A DNA stretch of 64,000 nt from Ignavibacteria bacterium. Lineage in GTDB: Bacteria; Bacteroidota; Ignavibacteria; Kapaibacteriales; UBA2268. A program made the translations under genes and the position numbers. Positions 1 to 9,722 of this stretch are shown in pieces. The DNA is taken from positions 2,881-66,880 of the forward strand of contig JAAYTD010000004.1 in assembly GCA_012518115.1 (NCBI GenBank), written 5' to 3'. The notes below the pieces were generated by a model. It was not told the DNA's origin, did no database searches, and saw only the letters and a list, made by a program, of their open reading frames with translations. Each line of letters begins with the position of its first letter. Position 1 is the stretch's first letter.

Positions 1-261
1 TCCGGGATTAAAAATAACTCTTTTTGGTTTAAGAGATAGAATATAATCATAGTAGCTTACTTGGTTTTGAGGTGAAACATATAGCGTTACAGTATGAATA
101 TCTTTAAAATCTTTTTGTTCGGTGTCTATTTTATGATCAAAGATAATATCGGCTTTCTTACCAATCATTTCTATTTCATGACCATTTTCCAATAGATTTT
201 TTGCTGCTTTATATGAGTATCTTTCTGGATTGCTACTTGCGCCTATAATAAGTGTTTTCAT
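1..261 (-). CDS. CoA-binding domain protein (N-terminal 87 codons; gene continues beyond window start)
   Basis: Absent from the ORF track because it runs off the window edge. Manual reverse-strand translation from the ATG (complement of 259-261) gives MKTLIIGASSNPERYSYKAAKNLLENGHEIEMIGKK...VTLYVSPQNQVSYYDYILSLKPKRVIFNPG. The pattern GASxNPxRxS ... FNPG is typical of the YccU/CoA_binding_2 family. Confidence 0.65.
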   Translation of the reverse strand, partial: MKTLIIGASSNPERYSYKAAKNLLENGHEIEMIGKKADIIFDHKIDTEQKDFKDIHTVTLYVSPQNQVSYYDYILSLKPKRVIFNPG

Positions 262-317
262 ATATTTTAAGTATTAAAATGTTGTAAAACAAAAGTACGT
301 AATGAATAGTTGTTTTG

Positions 318-1106
318 TTATGTTTTTTTGCGTTTAATTGCTAAAAAAGATATAAAAATACTTATTTCGTATAAAATAAAAATAGGAGCGGCGAAAATAA
401 GTTGGCTTATAGGGTCGGGGGTAGGAGTTAAAACTGCTGCTAAAATTAAAATAAATATAATAGCGTGTCTTCTATATTTTCCCAATGTTTTAGAATTTAT
501 TAATCCTATTTTTGTCAAAATAAATGAAATCATAGGGAGTTCAAAAACACTTCCAGTGGCAATTAAAATTATTGAAATAAAACCAAAGTATTCGTTTACA
601 TCAATGTTGTTAGCAATTAGGTCAGAACCGAAATTTGCGGCAAATTTCAGCATAGAAGGAATTAATATAAAATAGGAAAAAATTATTCCTGTAGCAAAGC
701 AAAAAGTTGTAAAGAATGTAGCTAGTCCAATCCATTTTTTTTCATTTTCATAAAGTGCAGGTGCTATAAATTTCCAGAATTGATAAAGGAAAAAAGGAGT
801 TGTTAAAATAGTAGCGCTAGCAAGAATTACTTTGAAATATAAGAATGGTTGTCCAAAAGGCAATAAGTTTTGTAGAGTTAAATTTGCTTCTAAAGCGGGT
901 GCTAAGAATATTTTTTGCATTAATTCCGAAATGAAAATACCGATAAAAATGCAAGAGATAATAAGAAAAATAACTACATATATGATACGTTTGCGTAGTT
1001 CTTCTAAATGTTCTAATAAATTCATTTCTTGAAGAAGAGAGTTTTCTTGTGTGTTTTCATTCTCTAAACTATAGTTATTTTTTTCATCATTACTTTCAGT
1101 AGTCAT
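318..1106 (-). CDS. tatC: twin-arginine translocase subunit TatC
   Basis: 262-aa ORF with about six hydrophobic helices. The N-terminal LLEHLEELRKRIIY and the overall length and topology are typical of TatC. Confidence 0.88.
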   Translation of the reverse strand: MTTESNDEKNNYSLENENTQENSLLQEMNLLEHLEELRKRIIYVVIFLIISCIFIGIFISELMQKIFLAPALEANLTLQNLLPFGQPFLYFKVILASATILTTPFFLYQFWKFIAPALYENEKKWIGLATFFTTFCFATGIIFSYFILIPSMLKFAANFGSDLIANNIDVNEYFGFISIILIATGSVFELPMISFILTKIGLINSKTLGKYRRHAIIFILILAAVLTPTPDPISQLIFAAPIFILYEISIFISFLAIKRKKT

Positions 1107-1114
1107 ATTTTTAT

Positions 1115-1870
1115 CTATTCGTAATATTCTTCGGGCAAGATAATCAAGCTAAATAAGAAATTAAATCCGATTTGTACGCCTGCTGGTCTTGGATTGTAAT
1201 AATTTGTTATAGTTTGTGGCTCTATAGCTGGCACAATATCACGCAAAGGATCATCTTGTACAAAGTTTTTATAAACTCCATTTAAGGCATAGTTAGCATT
1301 TATGTAAAAGTTTAATTTTCCTGTTGCATCATAATATATAGGATATGTCCAACCTGCTTTAACTTCCCATAAATTGTTCAGTTGAACGGCAGGAATATCA
1401 ATTCCTTCGTAAATTCCGCCGACAGGTATGCCAAAAGAAAAACCTATATTAAATCCTGAATGATTAAATGTAGGAGCTATAGACACATAGTTAAATTGGA
1501 AACGGTCTTTGTCCATATATTCTTCTTTCTTGCTATTATAATTATATTTCATTAGGAAAGAATGATTGTTATAGGTTAAGTCTAAATTTAGTCCTAAGTT
1601 CCAGTCTAAGCTAAGAGGTAGATATAAAGTTAGACCTGCGTTTGGTATTTTATTCATAGTAAAACCGTTTTTCCGTCCACGAGGAGTAGTAATTCCATTA
1701 ACACCGCCTTCCCAGCTAAGTGTCGGTCCTAAGGCGGGTGGAAAGTAATCGGTTTCCTTAGCAAATAAATTTTGCAAACAATTTAGCGATACAGTAAAAG
1801 AAATTACAGAAAGAAAAAAGAATAAACGTAAAGATTGTGTTCTACTATTTGATTTTTTATAGTATTTCAT
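1115..1870 (-). CDS. hypothetical secreted / outer-membrane beta-barrel-like protein
   Basis: 251-aa ORF with a signal-like N-terminus (LRLFFFLSVISFTVSLNCLQNLFA) and an alternating aromatic/polar strand pattern (NFYINANYALNGVY, GVQIGFNFLFSL). 8-nt gap to tatC. No family recognised. Confidence 0.5.
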   Translation of the reverse strand: MKYYKKSNSRTQSLRLFFFLSVISFTVSLNCLQNLFAKETDYFPPALGPTLSWEGGVNGITTPRGRKNGFTMNKIPNAGLTLYLPLSLDWNLGLNLDLTYNNHSFLMKYNYNSKKEEYMDKDRFQFNYVSIAPTFNHSGFNIGFSFGIPVGGIYEGIDIPAVQLNNLWEVKAGWTYPIYYDATGKLNFYINANYALNGVYKNFVQDDPLRDIVPAIEPQTITNYYNPRPAGVQIGFNFLFSLIILPEEYYE

Positions 1871-1947
1871 AATTAATTCCTAGTTGTAAATATTATACTT
1901 CTTTTATACTGCAAAAATCATACCTATTTTTTTGAGGAGTAAAAGTA

Positions 1948-3126
1948 TTATTCTCTTTTCCAACTTGAGTTTTGTTCGCCTGCTATAAATCTAATAATTC
2001 CGCGTACAAATCCATGGTTCATCATTAAGAAGAAAGATAACAGTTTAAGTGGTAAAATACTGACTTTCAACTTCTCAGCTATAACACCCATTATAGATAG
2101 AGAGTAAATAATAATTTGCGAGTATATAAGTATGTCTTTTAATGTAGAACTTTCTAGAAATAAAGTAGAAATTGCTATTATTAGAAGATACATAGGTATA
2201 AAATATCGCAACAATTTATGAGACCATAGAAAAAAAGCAGTCCAGCCATAGCTAGGTAAGAGTAGTTTCCAAAAATGTTTTATAGTAGCTAAAGAGCCGG
2301 CCACCATTCGCTCGCGTCGACGGACTTCACCGTGTAAAGATTTGCTACTAATTTCGTCTATGATTGCATCTTCACGAAAAACCACTCTTTTATGTTTATA
2401 ATTAGCTAAAAGTACAAAAAATAAATCATCACAAACAAGAGCGTTTGGTATTTTTTCAAATAATTCAGTTTTGCATAGCAAGCAGATGAAAGCATTTACT
2501 GTTGATTTTATTTTTGTTTCGGCAGTGCGTATGTAAGTTTCAAATTTTTGATATGTTCGTTCTCCTAAACTTCCGGCGTTTGTTTGGTTAGTTCCATGAG
2601 AAATGTTTATATTTGCTAAAACAATTCCTGTAGATTTATTTTGCATAGGTGAAACTAATTTTCCAATAGTGTTTTTTCTTAATCTTAAATCTGCATCCAT
2701 CACCATAAAATATTTAGTTGTTATTAATGGGATAATTTGATTAAGAACGGAATTTTTTCCGCCATGCGCTAGTATTTTATATTCAATTCTATCAGGGTAT
2801 TGTTTTTGGAGCTCTTGAATTTTGATGTCGGTATTGTCAGTTTTTCCATCAATGCCTACCAATACTTTTAATTTATTATGTGGATAACCGTCATTAAAAA
2901 TGGAGTTAATTGCATCTTCAATATTGTTTTCTTCGTTATACGCTGCAATAACGATAGTTATTTCGGGTAAATTTTCTGTATCTAATAAATCAGTGTGTGC
3001 TAAATTATCATTTTTCTTAAAAGAAGAAATGATAAAAAGTAATATCGGGTAAATAAAAAATATATAAATTATTAAAAATATACTAATAAAAATTATTAAT
3101 AATAATATGTTATTCAGCGAAAACAT
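1948..3126 (-). CDS. family 2 glycosyltransferase, membrane-embedded
   Basis: 392 aa with an N-terminal TM. GT2 motifs ITIVIAAYNEENNIEDAINSI and MVMDADLRL (DxD). C-terminal TM helices as in processive GT2 synthases. Confidence 0.8.
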   Translation of the reverse strand: MFSLNNILLLIIFISIFLIIYIFFIYPILLFIISSFKKNDNLAHTDLLDTENLPEITIVIAAYNEENNIEDAINSIFNDGYPHNKLKVLVGIDGKTDNTDIKIQELQKQYPDRIEYKILAHGGKNSVLNQIIPLITTKYFMVMDADLRLRKNTIGKLVSPMQNKSTGIVLANINISHGTNQTNAGSLGERTYQKFETYIRTAETKIKSTVNAFICLLCKTELFEKIPNALVCDDLFFVLLANYKHKRVVFREDAIIDEISSKSLHGEVRRRERMVAGSLATIKHFWKLLLPSYGWTAFFLWSHKLLRYFIPMYLLIIAISTLFLESSTLKDILIYSQIIIYSLSIMGVIAEKLKVSILPLKLLSFFLMMNHGFVRGIIRFIAGEQNSSWKRE

Positions 3127-3723
3127 AACTAAAATGTATCGTCAGTTAAAAATAAAAACAAAAATAATGAAATAAAATTAAAATTACAATTAATTTGAAA
3201 AAAGTAAAATAAAAAAGAAAAAAATAACATATAATTTTGTATTTAAAAAAAACAACATAATCATATTGTTTTTAAAGCGATATTGGTTTTTTGGAACAGA
3301 ATACTATTTTAAATAATCAAATTAACAATTGAACTTTTAAGTTTAACTAACTTGTTTTAGTTAAGATTATGTTAATTTTTAAAAAAGCAAATAAAAAAAA
3401 TGCAAATTAGAAACTTTTAAAAAAGCAAATATATTTTAAAAAATAAATAAAAATTTAATAAGTCTAACAAAAGCCAAACAAAGAAGAAAATAGATTGTTT
3501 TTTTTGAAAAAAAACAACAAAAAAATTTGTTTATATAAAAAAAAAAATGCAAATTTGAGTAAAACAAAAATCATGATATTTATATTATTTTTTTGTTAGG
3601 CTTTTTAAAAAAACAGAGTCTATCAATTGGATTAGCAGCATAATTCAATTGAACTATAATATCAAAGGAAGAAAAGTAGAAGTATTGCAGGGGGTTGGAA
3701 GTTTGTATAAAAAGGGGTAATCA
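3127..3723. other. candidate oriC / dnaA upstream region (extremely A/T-rich, repeat-containing)
   Basis: About 600 bp non-coding, directly 5' of dnaA, at the point where gene orientation diverges. Perfect 16-mers ttttaaaaaagcaaat (3377-3392, 3415-3430) and aaaaaaaatgcaaatt (3393-3408, 3540-3555). 13-mer aaaaaaaacaaca (3244, 3508). caattgaact at 3326 and 3646. No canonical TTATCCACA box was seen, so the call is tentative. Confidence 0.4.
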
Positions 3724-5217
3724 ATGGACAATATTAAAGAATTAAATTTTGCAACAGATTTATCTGAAATTAAATTGAATAAGTCTGTTCAAACTGAGAA
3801 GTTAGTAGAAGGGAAGGCAGTAGAAGATTATTGGAATGAATGTCTAAATATAATTAAAGATAATATAGGTGACCAAGCTTTTAATACTTGGTTTGTACCC
3901 ATTAAAGCAAAAAGTTGGGACGAGAATGAAAAAAGTTTAACAATTCAAATGCCGAGCCAGTTTTTTCAAGAATGGATAGAGGAACATTACTATAATTTAC
4001 TTCAAAATACTATTAAGAAAGTTTTTGATGAACCAGAAGCTCAACTTTTTTACGATACAGTTGTTGTAAAAGATGTAGCTGATTCAGGCGCGATAAAAAT
4101 ACATTCTCTTGGATTAAAGTATCCACCTCAGAGACCGCCAGTTCAAATAAAAGCGCCTAATAAATCTTCAAAAGTTGATTATATAGGACGAAATTATAAT
4201 AATTTACTTCAAAGATACGCTTTTGAATCGTTTGTTGTCGGCAAAAGTAATCAACTAGCTGTTTCTGCTGCAAAAGCAGTGAGCGATGAACCGGGTGGCA
4301 CGCGATTCAATCCGTTCTTTATATATGGATCATCAGGTTTAGGAAAAACACATTTAGCACAAGCTATAGGTAATCATATAGCTCAACATTTTCCTGAAAA
4401 ACGGATACTATATACAAGTAGTGAACAATTTACTATAGACTTTGTTTCAGCGACACAAAATCGTAAAAATAGTGAGTTTATAAAATTATACAGAGATGTA
4501 GATGTATTAATAATTGATGATATACAGTTTCTTTCAGGTAAAGAAAAGACGCAAGAAAAGTTGTTTTATACGCATGATGCACTCTATCATGCGGGAAAAC
4601 AAATTATTTTGACTGCTGATAAAGCACCACGTGATATTGAAGATATTAACGAACGTCTTGTTTCTCGTTTTATGGCAGGACTTACAGTAGAAATTAAGCA
4701 ACCAGACTATAATTTACGCGCTGATATTGTAAGACGAAAAAGTAAGAGTGAAGGTATAGAGCTATCAGAAGAAGTTGTTGATATAATTGCTAAAAATGTA
4801 ACAAAGAGTATTCGTGAATTAGAAGGTTGCGTAATAAAACTTACAGCTATAAAAACATTAGATAGAAAGCCAATAACTCCAGAACTTGCAAAAGAAATAA
4901 TTTTAGGACTAGCTTCCGAACCGAAACCTATAACTGTAGATGAAATCAAAGAAAAAGTCGGAACATACTATAATATTAAACCTGAAGTAATGATTTCCAA
5001 GTCAAGAAAACAAAATATTGCTATGGCGAGACAAATGGCGATATATATTTCACGAAAATATACTAACTTGTCGCTAAAAGAGATAGGAGCTGAATTTGGT
5101 GGGCGAGATCATTCTACAGTTTTACATTCTTGTCGAGCTATTCAAGATTATATCGATACGGATAAAAAAGTGCAAGAAGAATTTGAAAATTTAGAAATGA
5201 TTTTTGCAAACAGATAA
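3724..5217 (+). CDS. dnaA: chromosomal replication initiator DnaA
   Basis: 497 aa. Walker A GSSGLGKTHL, Walker B LIIDDIQFL, C-terminal DNA-binding signature GGRDHSTVLHS. SD-like aagggg upstream. Confidence 0.97.
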   Translation: MDNIKELNFATDLSEIKLNKSVQTEKLVEGKAVEDYWNECLNIIKDNIGDQAFNTWFVPIKAKSWDENEKSLTIQMPSQFFQEWIEEHYYNLLQNTIKKVFDEPEAQLFYDTVVVKDVADSGAIKIHSLGLKYPPQRPPVQIKAPNKSSKVDYIGRNYNNLLQRYAFESFVVGKSNQLAVSAAKAVSDEPGGTRFNPFFIYGSSGLGKTHLAQAIGNHIAQHFPEKRILYTSSEQFTIDFVSATQNRKNSEFIKLYRDVDVLIIDDIQFLSGKEKTQEKLFYTHDALYHAGKQIILTADKAPRDIEDINERLVSRFMAGLTVEIKQPDYNLRADIVRRKSKSEGIELSEEVVDIIAKNVTKSIRELEGCVIKLTAIKTLDRKPITPELAKEIILGLASEPKPITVDEIKEKVGTYYNIKPEVMISKSRKQNIAMARQMAIYISRKYTNLSLKEIGAEFGGRDHSTVLHSCRAIQDYIDTDKKVQEEFENLEMIFANR

Positions 5218-5247
5218 AATATAGATATTTTATACAAAGTTATAAAA

Positions 5248-5291
5248 AAGTTATTCAAAAACAGAACTATTCTTTTTGAATAACTTTTTTT
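5248..5291 (+). terminator. rho-independent terminator after dnaA
   Basis: Perfect 14-bp stem aagttattcaaaaa / tttttgaataactt (5248-5261 / 5273-5286) with an 11-nt loop, followed by a T-run. Confidence 0.75.
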
Positions 5292-5550
5292 ATATGTTTT
5301 TTCAAAATATTTTTGAGAACAATAAAAAAAATGCTATATTTGTATTTGTATCAAAGTTGTAATTATCAAATACAACAAAAATTATAATAACAAACAAATA
5401 GATGCCTTTGTTCACATTTCTAGAAAATATTATTATTGGTTAAATTGAATAATTATTTTTATTTAAAAATAATTGTTTTGAAATTTTATTTTATATCAAT
5501 ATTAATTCCAAACACAAATCATTAATTCTTTAAATCATAAAAACAAGAAC

Positions 5551-8500
5551 ATGAAAAACGCAAAAAATAAATTATTTAAACTATTTTTCTTATGTTTATT
5601 TTATTTTCTTTTTGCTAATATAAACTATATTTTTGCGAATATTGTAGTGCATTATTCTGATGATAATCAGATAAGCTTATCATATTTCCCCGAAGTTAAT
5701 GGGATAGATACAGTTATTACAAATTCAGGAGAATATGTTTTACTTCCTCGTATAATGCAAAGCAATTTCCATGCGGAACAGGGGGCGCCTATGGAAATGT
5801 TTTACGCGCATCTAATTTTTTCTAAAGAGCTTCGCAATATAACTATAGATAGCTACGAAGTTGTAGATATTGCAAGATATTATGGAAAAATAGCACCTGT
5901 TCCAACTACGCATATTGATAGTAATTTAGCTGTTGATAAATATATTTTAGATGATAATTTATATTTACAGCATTCTTCAGCTAATTGGGTTGAGGTAAAG
6001 CAATCAGGAAAATCTCGCGAGCAATATTTGGCTCATATTATGTTTGCAGCAGCACGTTATAATGCAGCAAGTAATTTTATAGAAATTCCGAAACGTATAG
6101 ATGTAGTTCTTAAATTTAATGCGTCTGAGGAAACTGAAAAATATCATAAAAAAAACAATCAACTTTTGTCTAATTATCAGAATTTAGATGATCTTAGTGA
6201 TGGGCAATGGTTACGTATTTCTATAAAAGAAGAAGGTCTTTATAAGATAACGGCGGCTGAATTAGCAGCTAGTGGATTTAATGTACCAAATAATAAAATT
6301 GCTACTATAAAAGTTTTTGGAAACAAAGGGGAGCCACTTAGCGAAAAAGTATCTGACGGCTTGGATAACAAACTTAATGAGCAGGAAATTGTAATCAATA
6401 CTAATAATGACGGTTCTTTAGAAAGCATTATATTTTATGCTTCAGGTAGTTCGGGATTTACGAATATTCCTAAAAGTAATCATTCTTATAAACATAAATT
6501 TCCGCCTCATTACTTGAATTATATGGATAATAGCAATTATTACTTATTGACTTATGGCAAGTCTAACGGTAAGCGTGCTAAAGCATCTGAGGAAATTTCT
6601 AAAGCTACAAGCTATAAGCCTGATTATTACATAGCATCTTATTTTTTTGAAGAAGATTTAACTATGTTGTCTTTGTGGGGCAGCGGTAGATGTTTTTTAG
6701 GAAACTCAGATTTTTCAAAGCCGTGGATAAATAGATTATCTAATGTAGCTAGGAATGTAGAAAACGGAAAAATTACTTACTTGCTTTCTTTGGCTCATTC
6801 TTCAAAAACTCCCGGTAATTTTAATATAGATTTTTCACAAGATTATTCGGAGAAAATGGAGATAGGAGCTTCGTTAGGTGATTATGAATCCGGTCGAGTA
6901 AGAACTTTATATTTTGATTATCCGGTTTCTTCGCTATCCGATAATCAAAACGTCCAGATGAATATAGATTATTATAGCGCTTCGGTCGGTATTCCTTATA
7001 TGAATTACTACGAGCTCCACTATCCACGTAAATTTGTTGCACTTGACGGCGAGATTTCATTTTTTACAAATGATGAAGATACTTCTTGTGTTTCTGAATA
7101 TACTATTACAGGTTTTTCGGGTCCAATCTACGGATTTGATGTAACAGATGCATCATCGCCTAAACTTTTGCCGAATTCTGCAAAATCTTCGGGTGTCTTT
7201 TCTTTTAAGTCTGATAATACAGAAGTAAAGAAATTAACTGATAAAAAACATTTTTTTATAGCTTCAAAAACAAAAAAAGTTGCTTCAATTGAGAAAATTG
7301 TTTTGGATAATTTGCGTGGTCAGAATTTGAATTCAGAAGTTCTTGTTATTACGCATAGTTCACTTTTAGAGTCTGCTGATAAGTTTGCGAAATATCGTTC
7401 CCAAAAGAGTGGTTACAAAGTATCGGTAGTTACAACGGATAAAATTTACAATGAATTTTCTCATAGTCGTGTTGATTTAACAGCAATTCGTGACTATGTT
7501 CAATATGCTTATAATAATTGGGAAGTGAAACCTAAGTATCTTGTAATATGGGGATTAGGTCATTACGATGTGCGTGGTGTTGAACTGAAAACAACAAATT
7601 TTGTTCCGCCATTTCAACGTGAATTGCGTTATATACTTCCCGGCAGCACTGTTCCTTTAAGTGATGATCAAAATAGCTATGCAACTGACGAGTATTTTGT
7701 TTGTGTAGATGGAGACGATTGGTTTCCTGATTTAGCAGTCGGTCGCGTTCCTATAACAAGTAATTTAGAAGGGGAGAATTATATAGCGAAATTAGCTAAA
7801 TATGAGGAAGAATCTGATGCAGGTAACTGGCGATTAAACTATATATTGTTTGCTGACGACGATGTGCGAGGCAATGGTATGGCTGAAGCTGGTATGCACG
7901 ATGATGATGCCGAGATAATTTCTCGATATATTCCTGACGATTTTAATCAGATAAAATTATATTCTGTAACTTATCCTGTAGAAATTCAAGCAGGCGCTAG
8001 GCGTATCCCTAAAGTAACGGAAGACTTACTTTATTCAACAAATGTAAAAGGCGGAGTTATATTATTTTATACAGGGCATGGTAATCCGAACATTTTAATG
8101 CATGAAAAAACTGTGTCAAGAGAAACTACTTTGTCGCAGTTTACTAATTCTGATAAATTATTTTATTTCTTAGCTTCGTCTTGTGAAGTTGGACGTTTTG
8201 ACAAACGCGGTACAAATTGCATAGGAACAGAAATTGTTACTCTACCTACGACAGGCGCTATAGCTTCACTTTCAGCAACACGTGTTTCAGGTATTTTAGC
8301 TAATAATATTTTCCATCAATATATTGCAAAATCTATGTTTTCGCGAGATGAGAAAGGAGAATATTTGACAATAGGTGAAAATGCGCGACTTGCTAAATTG
8401 CAATATGGAGTTGAGCCGTCAGCTGAGGCTTTGATGTACGTAATTTTGGGTGATCCGACTTTACGACTTGTTTTTCCGAATAATAATATAAAAATAGAAG

Positions 8501-9582
8501 AAGTAAATAATATAGAACTATCTGAAGAGAATAAAAATTTGATAGAGCTCAAGGCGCTATCAAAAGTGAAGTTAAAAGGAACTGTTAGAGATATAACAAC
8601 AAACAATATATTAACGGATTTCAACGGCAGAGTTATTTTAACTTTGAATGAAGCTAGTATAGATGTAAAATATGCTTCTCCTGTTTCTGAACATAATTTT
8701 ACTAAATCAGGAGCTACATTAATTAATAGCGCTTTCCCTGTGAATAACGGCGAATTTATAGCGGAATTTGTTATACCAACAGATGTTACATTGAGTGATA
8801 ATAATGCCATACTTTATGCTTATGCTTTTTCGGAAGATAAAAGATATGCAAAAGGTGGAACGAAAAAATTATGTATTAATGCTATTGATACAACTTTAGT
8901 TAATGACAACAAAGGACCTGATATAGAGATATTTTTTGACAGTAGAGAATACTTTAAAGATGGCGACGTGGTTAGTAAAACTCCGTTACTTTTGGTAGAT
9001 TTGAAAGATGAAACGGGGTTGAATGTTACGGGCTTAGGAATAGGGCATAAGTTAGAAGCTTGGTTTGACGATAGTTTTATTCCTATAGATTTAACAAATG
9101 ATTTTGTTTCTTCTTTAGAAGAACCGGCTTCTGGAACTGTTTTGAAATATATATACAATCTTAAACCCGGTAAACATAGAATAAAAGTGCGTGCTTGGGA
9201 CGTGTTTAATAATTTTTCTGAAGCTTTTTCAAATTTTGTTATACCGGAAGATGATGGATCGTTATTTTTAATTTCGTTTGCTCCTAATCCGCTTTCAAAA
9301 AAGAACTTAGCAGATGCTAATTTAATTATTAGGCATAATTTAGTGCCACCTGTGAGTGTTGAATTTGATATTTTTGATGCTTTAGGAAATTCACTTACAA
9401 TTGATACTAGCTATCTAAAAAATATGCTTTTAACTAATCGGAGTATTGAAACTATTTCCCTAGCTAGTGTTATAGATATGAATAGATTTGGAACAGGCGT
9501 TTACTATTACAGAATAAAATGTTACTTTGGTGACGGAAAAGGTTTTGAAAAATATGGTAAATTAGGAGTTGTTTTAGATTAA
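5551..9582 (+). CDS. porU: type IX secretion system sortase PorU-like C25 (gingipain-family) peptidase
   Basis: 1343 aa with a signal peptide. C25 core VLVITHSSLLESADKFAKYRSQKSGYKVSVVTTDKIYNEFS, His motif YTGHGNP, Cys motif FLASSCEVGRFD, and a beta-sandwich CTD-like tail. It lies directly upstream of a PorV-like gene, the conserved porU-porV arrangement. Confidence 0.75.
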   Translation: MKNAKNKLFKLFFLCLFYFLFANINYIFANIVVHYSDDNQISLSYFPEVNGIDTVITNSGEYVLLPRIMQSNFHAEQGAPMEMFYAHLIFSKELRNITIDSYEVVDIARYYGKIAPVPTTHIDSNLAVDKYILDDNLYLQHSSANWVEVKQSGKSREQYLAHIMFAAARYNAASNFIEIPKRIDVVLKFNASEETEKYHKKNNQLLSNYQNLDDLSDGQWLRISIKEEGLYKITAAELAASGFNVPNNKIATIKVFGNKGEPLSEKVSDGLDNKLNEQEIVINTNNDGSLESIIFYASGSSGFTNIPKSNHSYKHKFPPHYLNYMDNSNYYLLTYGKSNGKRAKASEEISKATSYKPDYYIASYFFEEDLTMLSLWGSGRCFLGNSDFSKPWINRLSNVARNVENGKITYLLSLAHSSKTPGNFNIDFSQDYSEKMEIGASLGDYESGRVRTLYFDYPVSSLSDNQNVQMNIDYYSASVGIPYMNYYELHYPRKFVALDGEISFFTNDEDTSCVSEYTITGFSGPIYGFDVTDASSPKLLPNSAKSSGVFSFKSDNTEVKKLTDKKHFFIASKTKKVASIEKIVLDNLRGQNLNSEVLVITHSSLLESADKFAKYRSQKSGYKVSVVTTDKIYNEFSHSRVDLTAIRDYVQYAYNNWEVKPKYLVIWGLGHYDVRGVELKTTNFVPPFQRELRYILPGSTVPLSDDQNSYATDEYFVCVDGDDWFPDLAVGRVPITSNLEGENYIAKLAKYEEESDAGNWRLNYILFADDDVRGNGMAEAGMHDDDAEIISRYIPDDFNQIKLYSVTYPVEIQAGARRIPKVTEDLLYSTNVKGGVILFYTGHGNPNILMHEKTVSRETTLSQFTNSDKLFYFLASSCEVGRFDKRGTNCIGTEIVTLPTTGAIASLSATRVSGILANNIFHQYIAKSMFSRDEKGEYLTIGENARLAKLQYGVEPSAEALMYVILGDPTLRLVFPNNNIKIEEVNNIELSEENKNLIELKALSKVKLKGTVRDITTNNILTDFNGRVILTLNEASIDVKYASPVSEHNFTKSGATLINSAFPVNNGEFIAEFVIPTDVTLSDNNAILYAYAFSEDKRYAKGGTKKLCINAIDTTLVNDNKGPDIEIFFDSREYFKDGDVVSKTPLLLVDLKDETGLNVTGLGIGHKLEAWFDDSFIPIDLTNDFVSSLEEPASGTVLKYIYNLKPGKHRIKVRAWDVFNNFSEAFSNFVIPEDDGSLFLISFAPNPLSKKNLADANLIIRHNLVPPVSVEFDIFDALGNSLTIDTSYLKNMLLTNRSIETISLASVIDMNRFGTGVYYYRIKCYFGDGKGFEKYGKLGVVLD

Positions 9583-9722
9583 ATTTTAAAAAATTACAGA
9601 TATTTTTCGTAAAATATAAAATTTCTAAGAAAAAAGTATTAAATTACTTATTTTAAAAGTTTAATATATCGAAATTTATTATATTAATTGATTATATAAA
9701 CCCAAAATATTGGAGGAATTTA

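Noticed and set aside
310-675. 121-aa plus-strand ORF
   Set aside because: It is fully antisense to the well-supported tatC gene. Its Ile/Lys-rich composition is typical of antisense frames in AT-rich DNA.
5400-5420. DnaA-box-like ttgttcaca downstream of dnaA
   Set aside because: It is a single one-mismatch hit with no cluster. That is insufficient to place oriC in the dnaA-porU spacer.
8316-9158. Two minus-strand ORFs (164 aa and 112 aa) inside porU
   Set aside because: They are antisense shadows within a 1343-aa ORF with clear C25 motifs. They are Ser/Leu/Phe-rich with no motifs.
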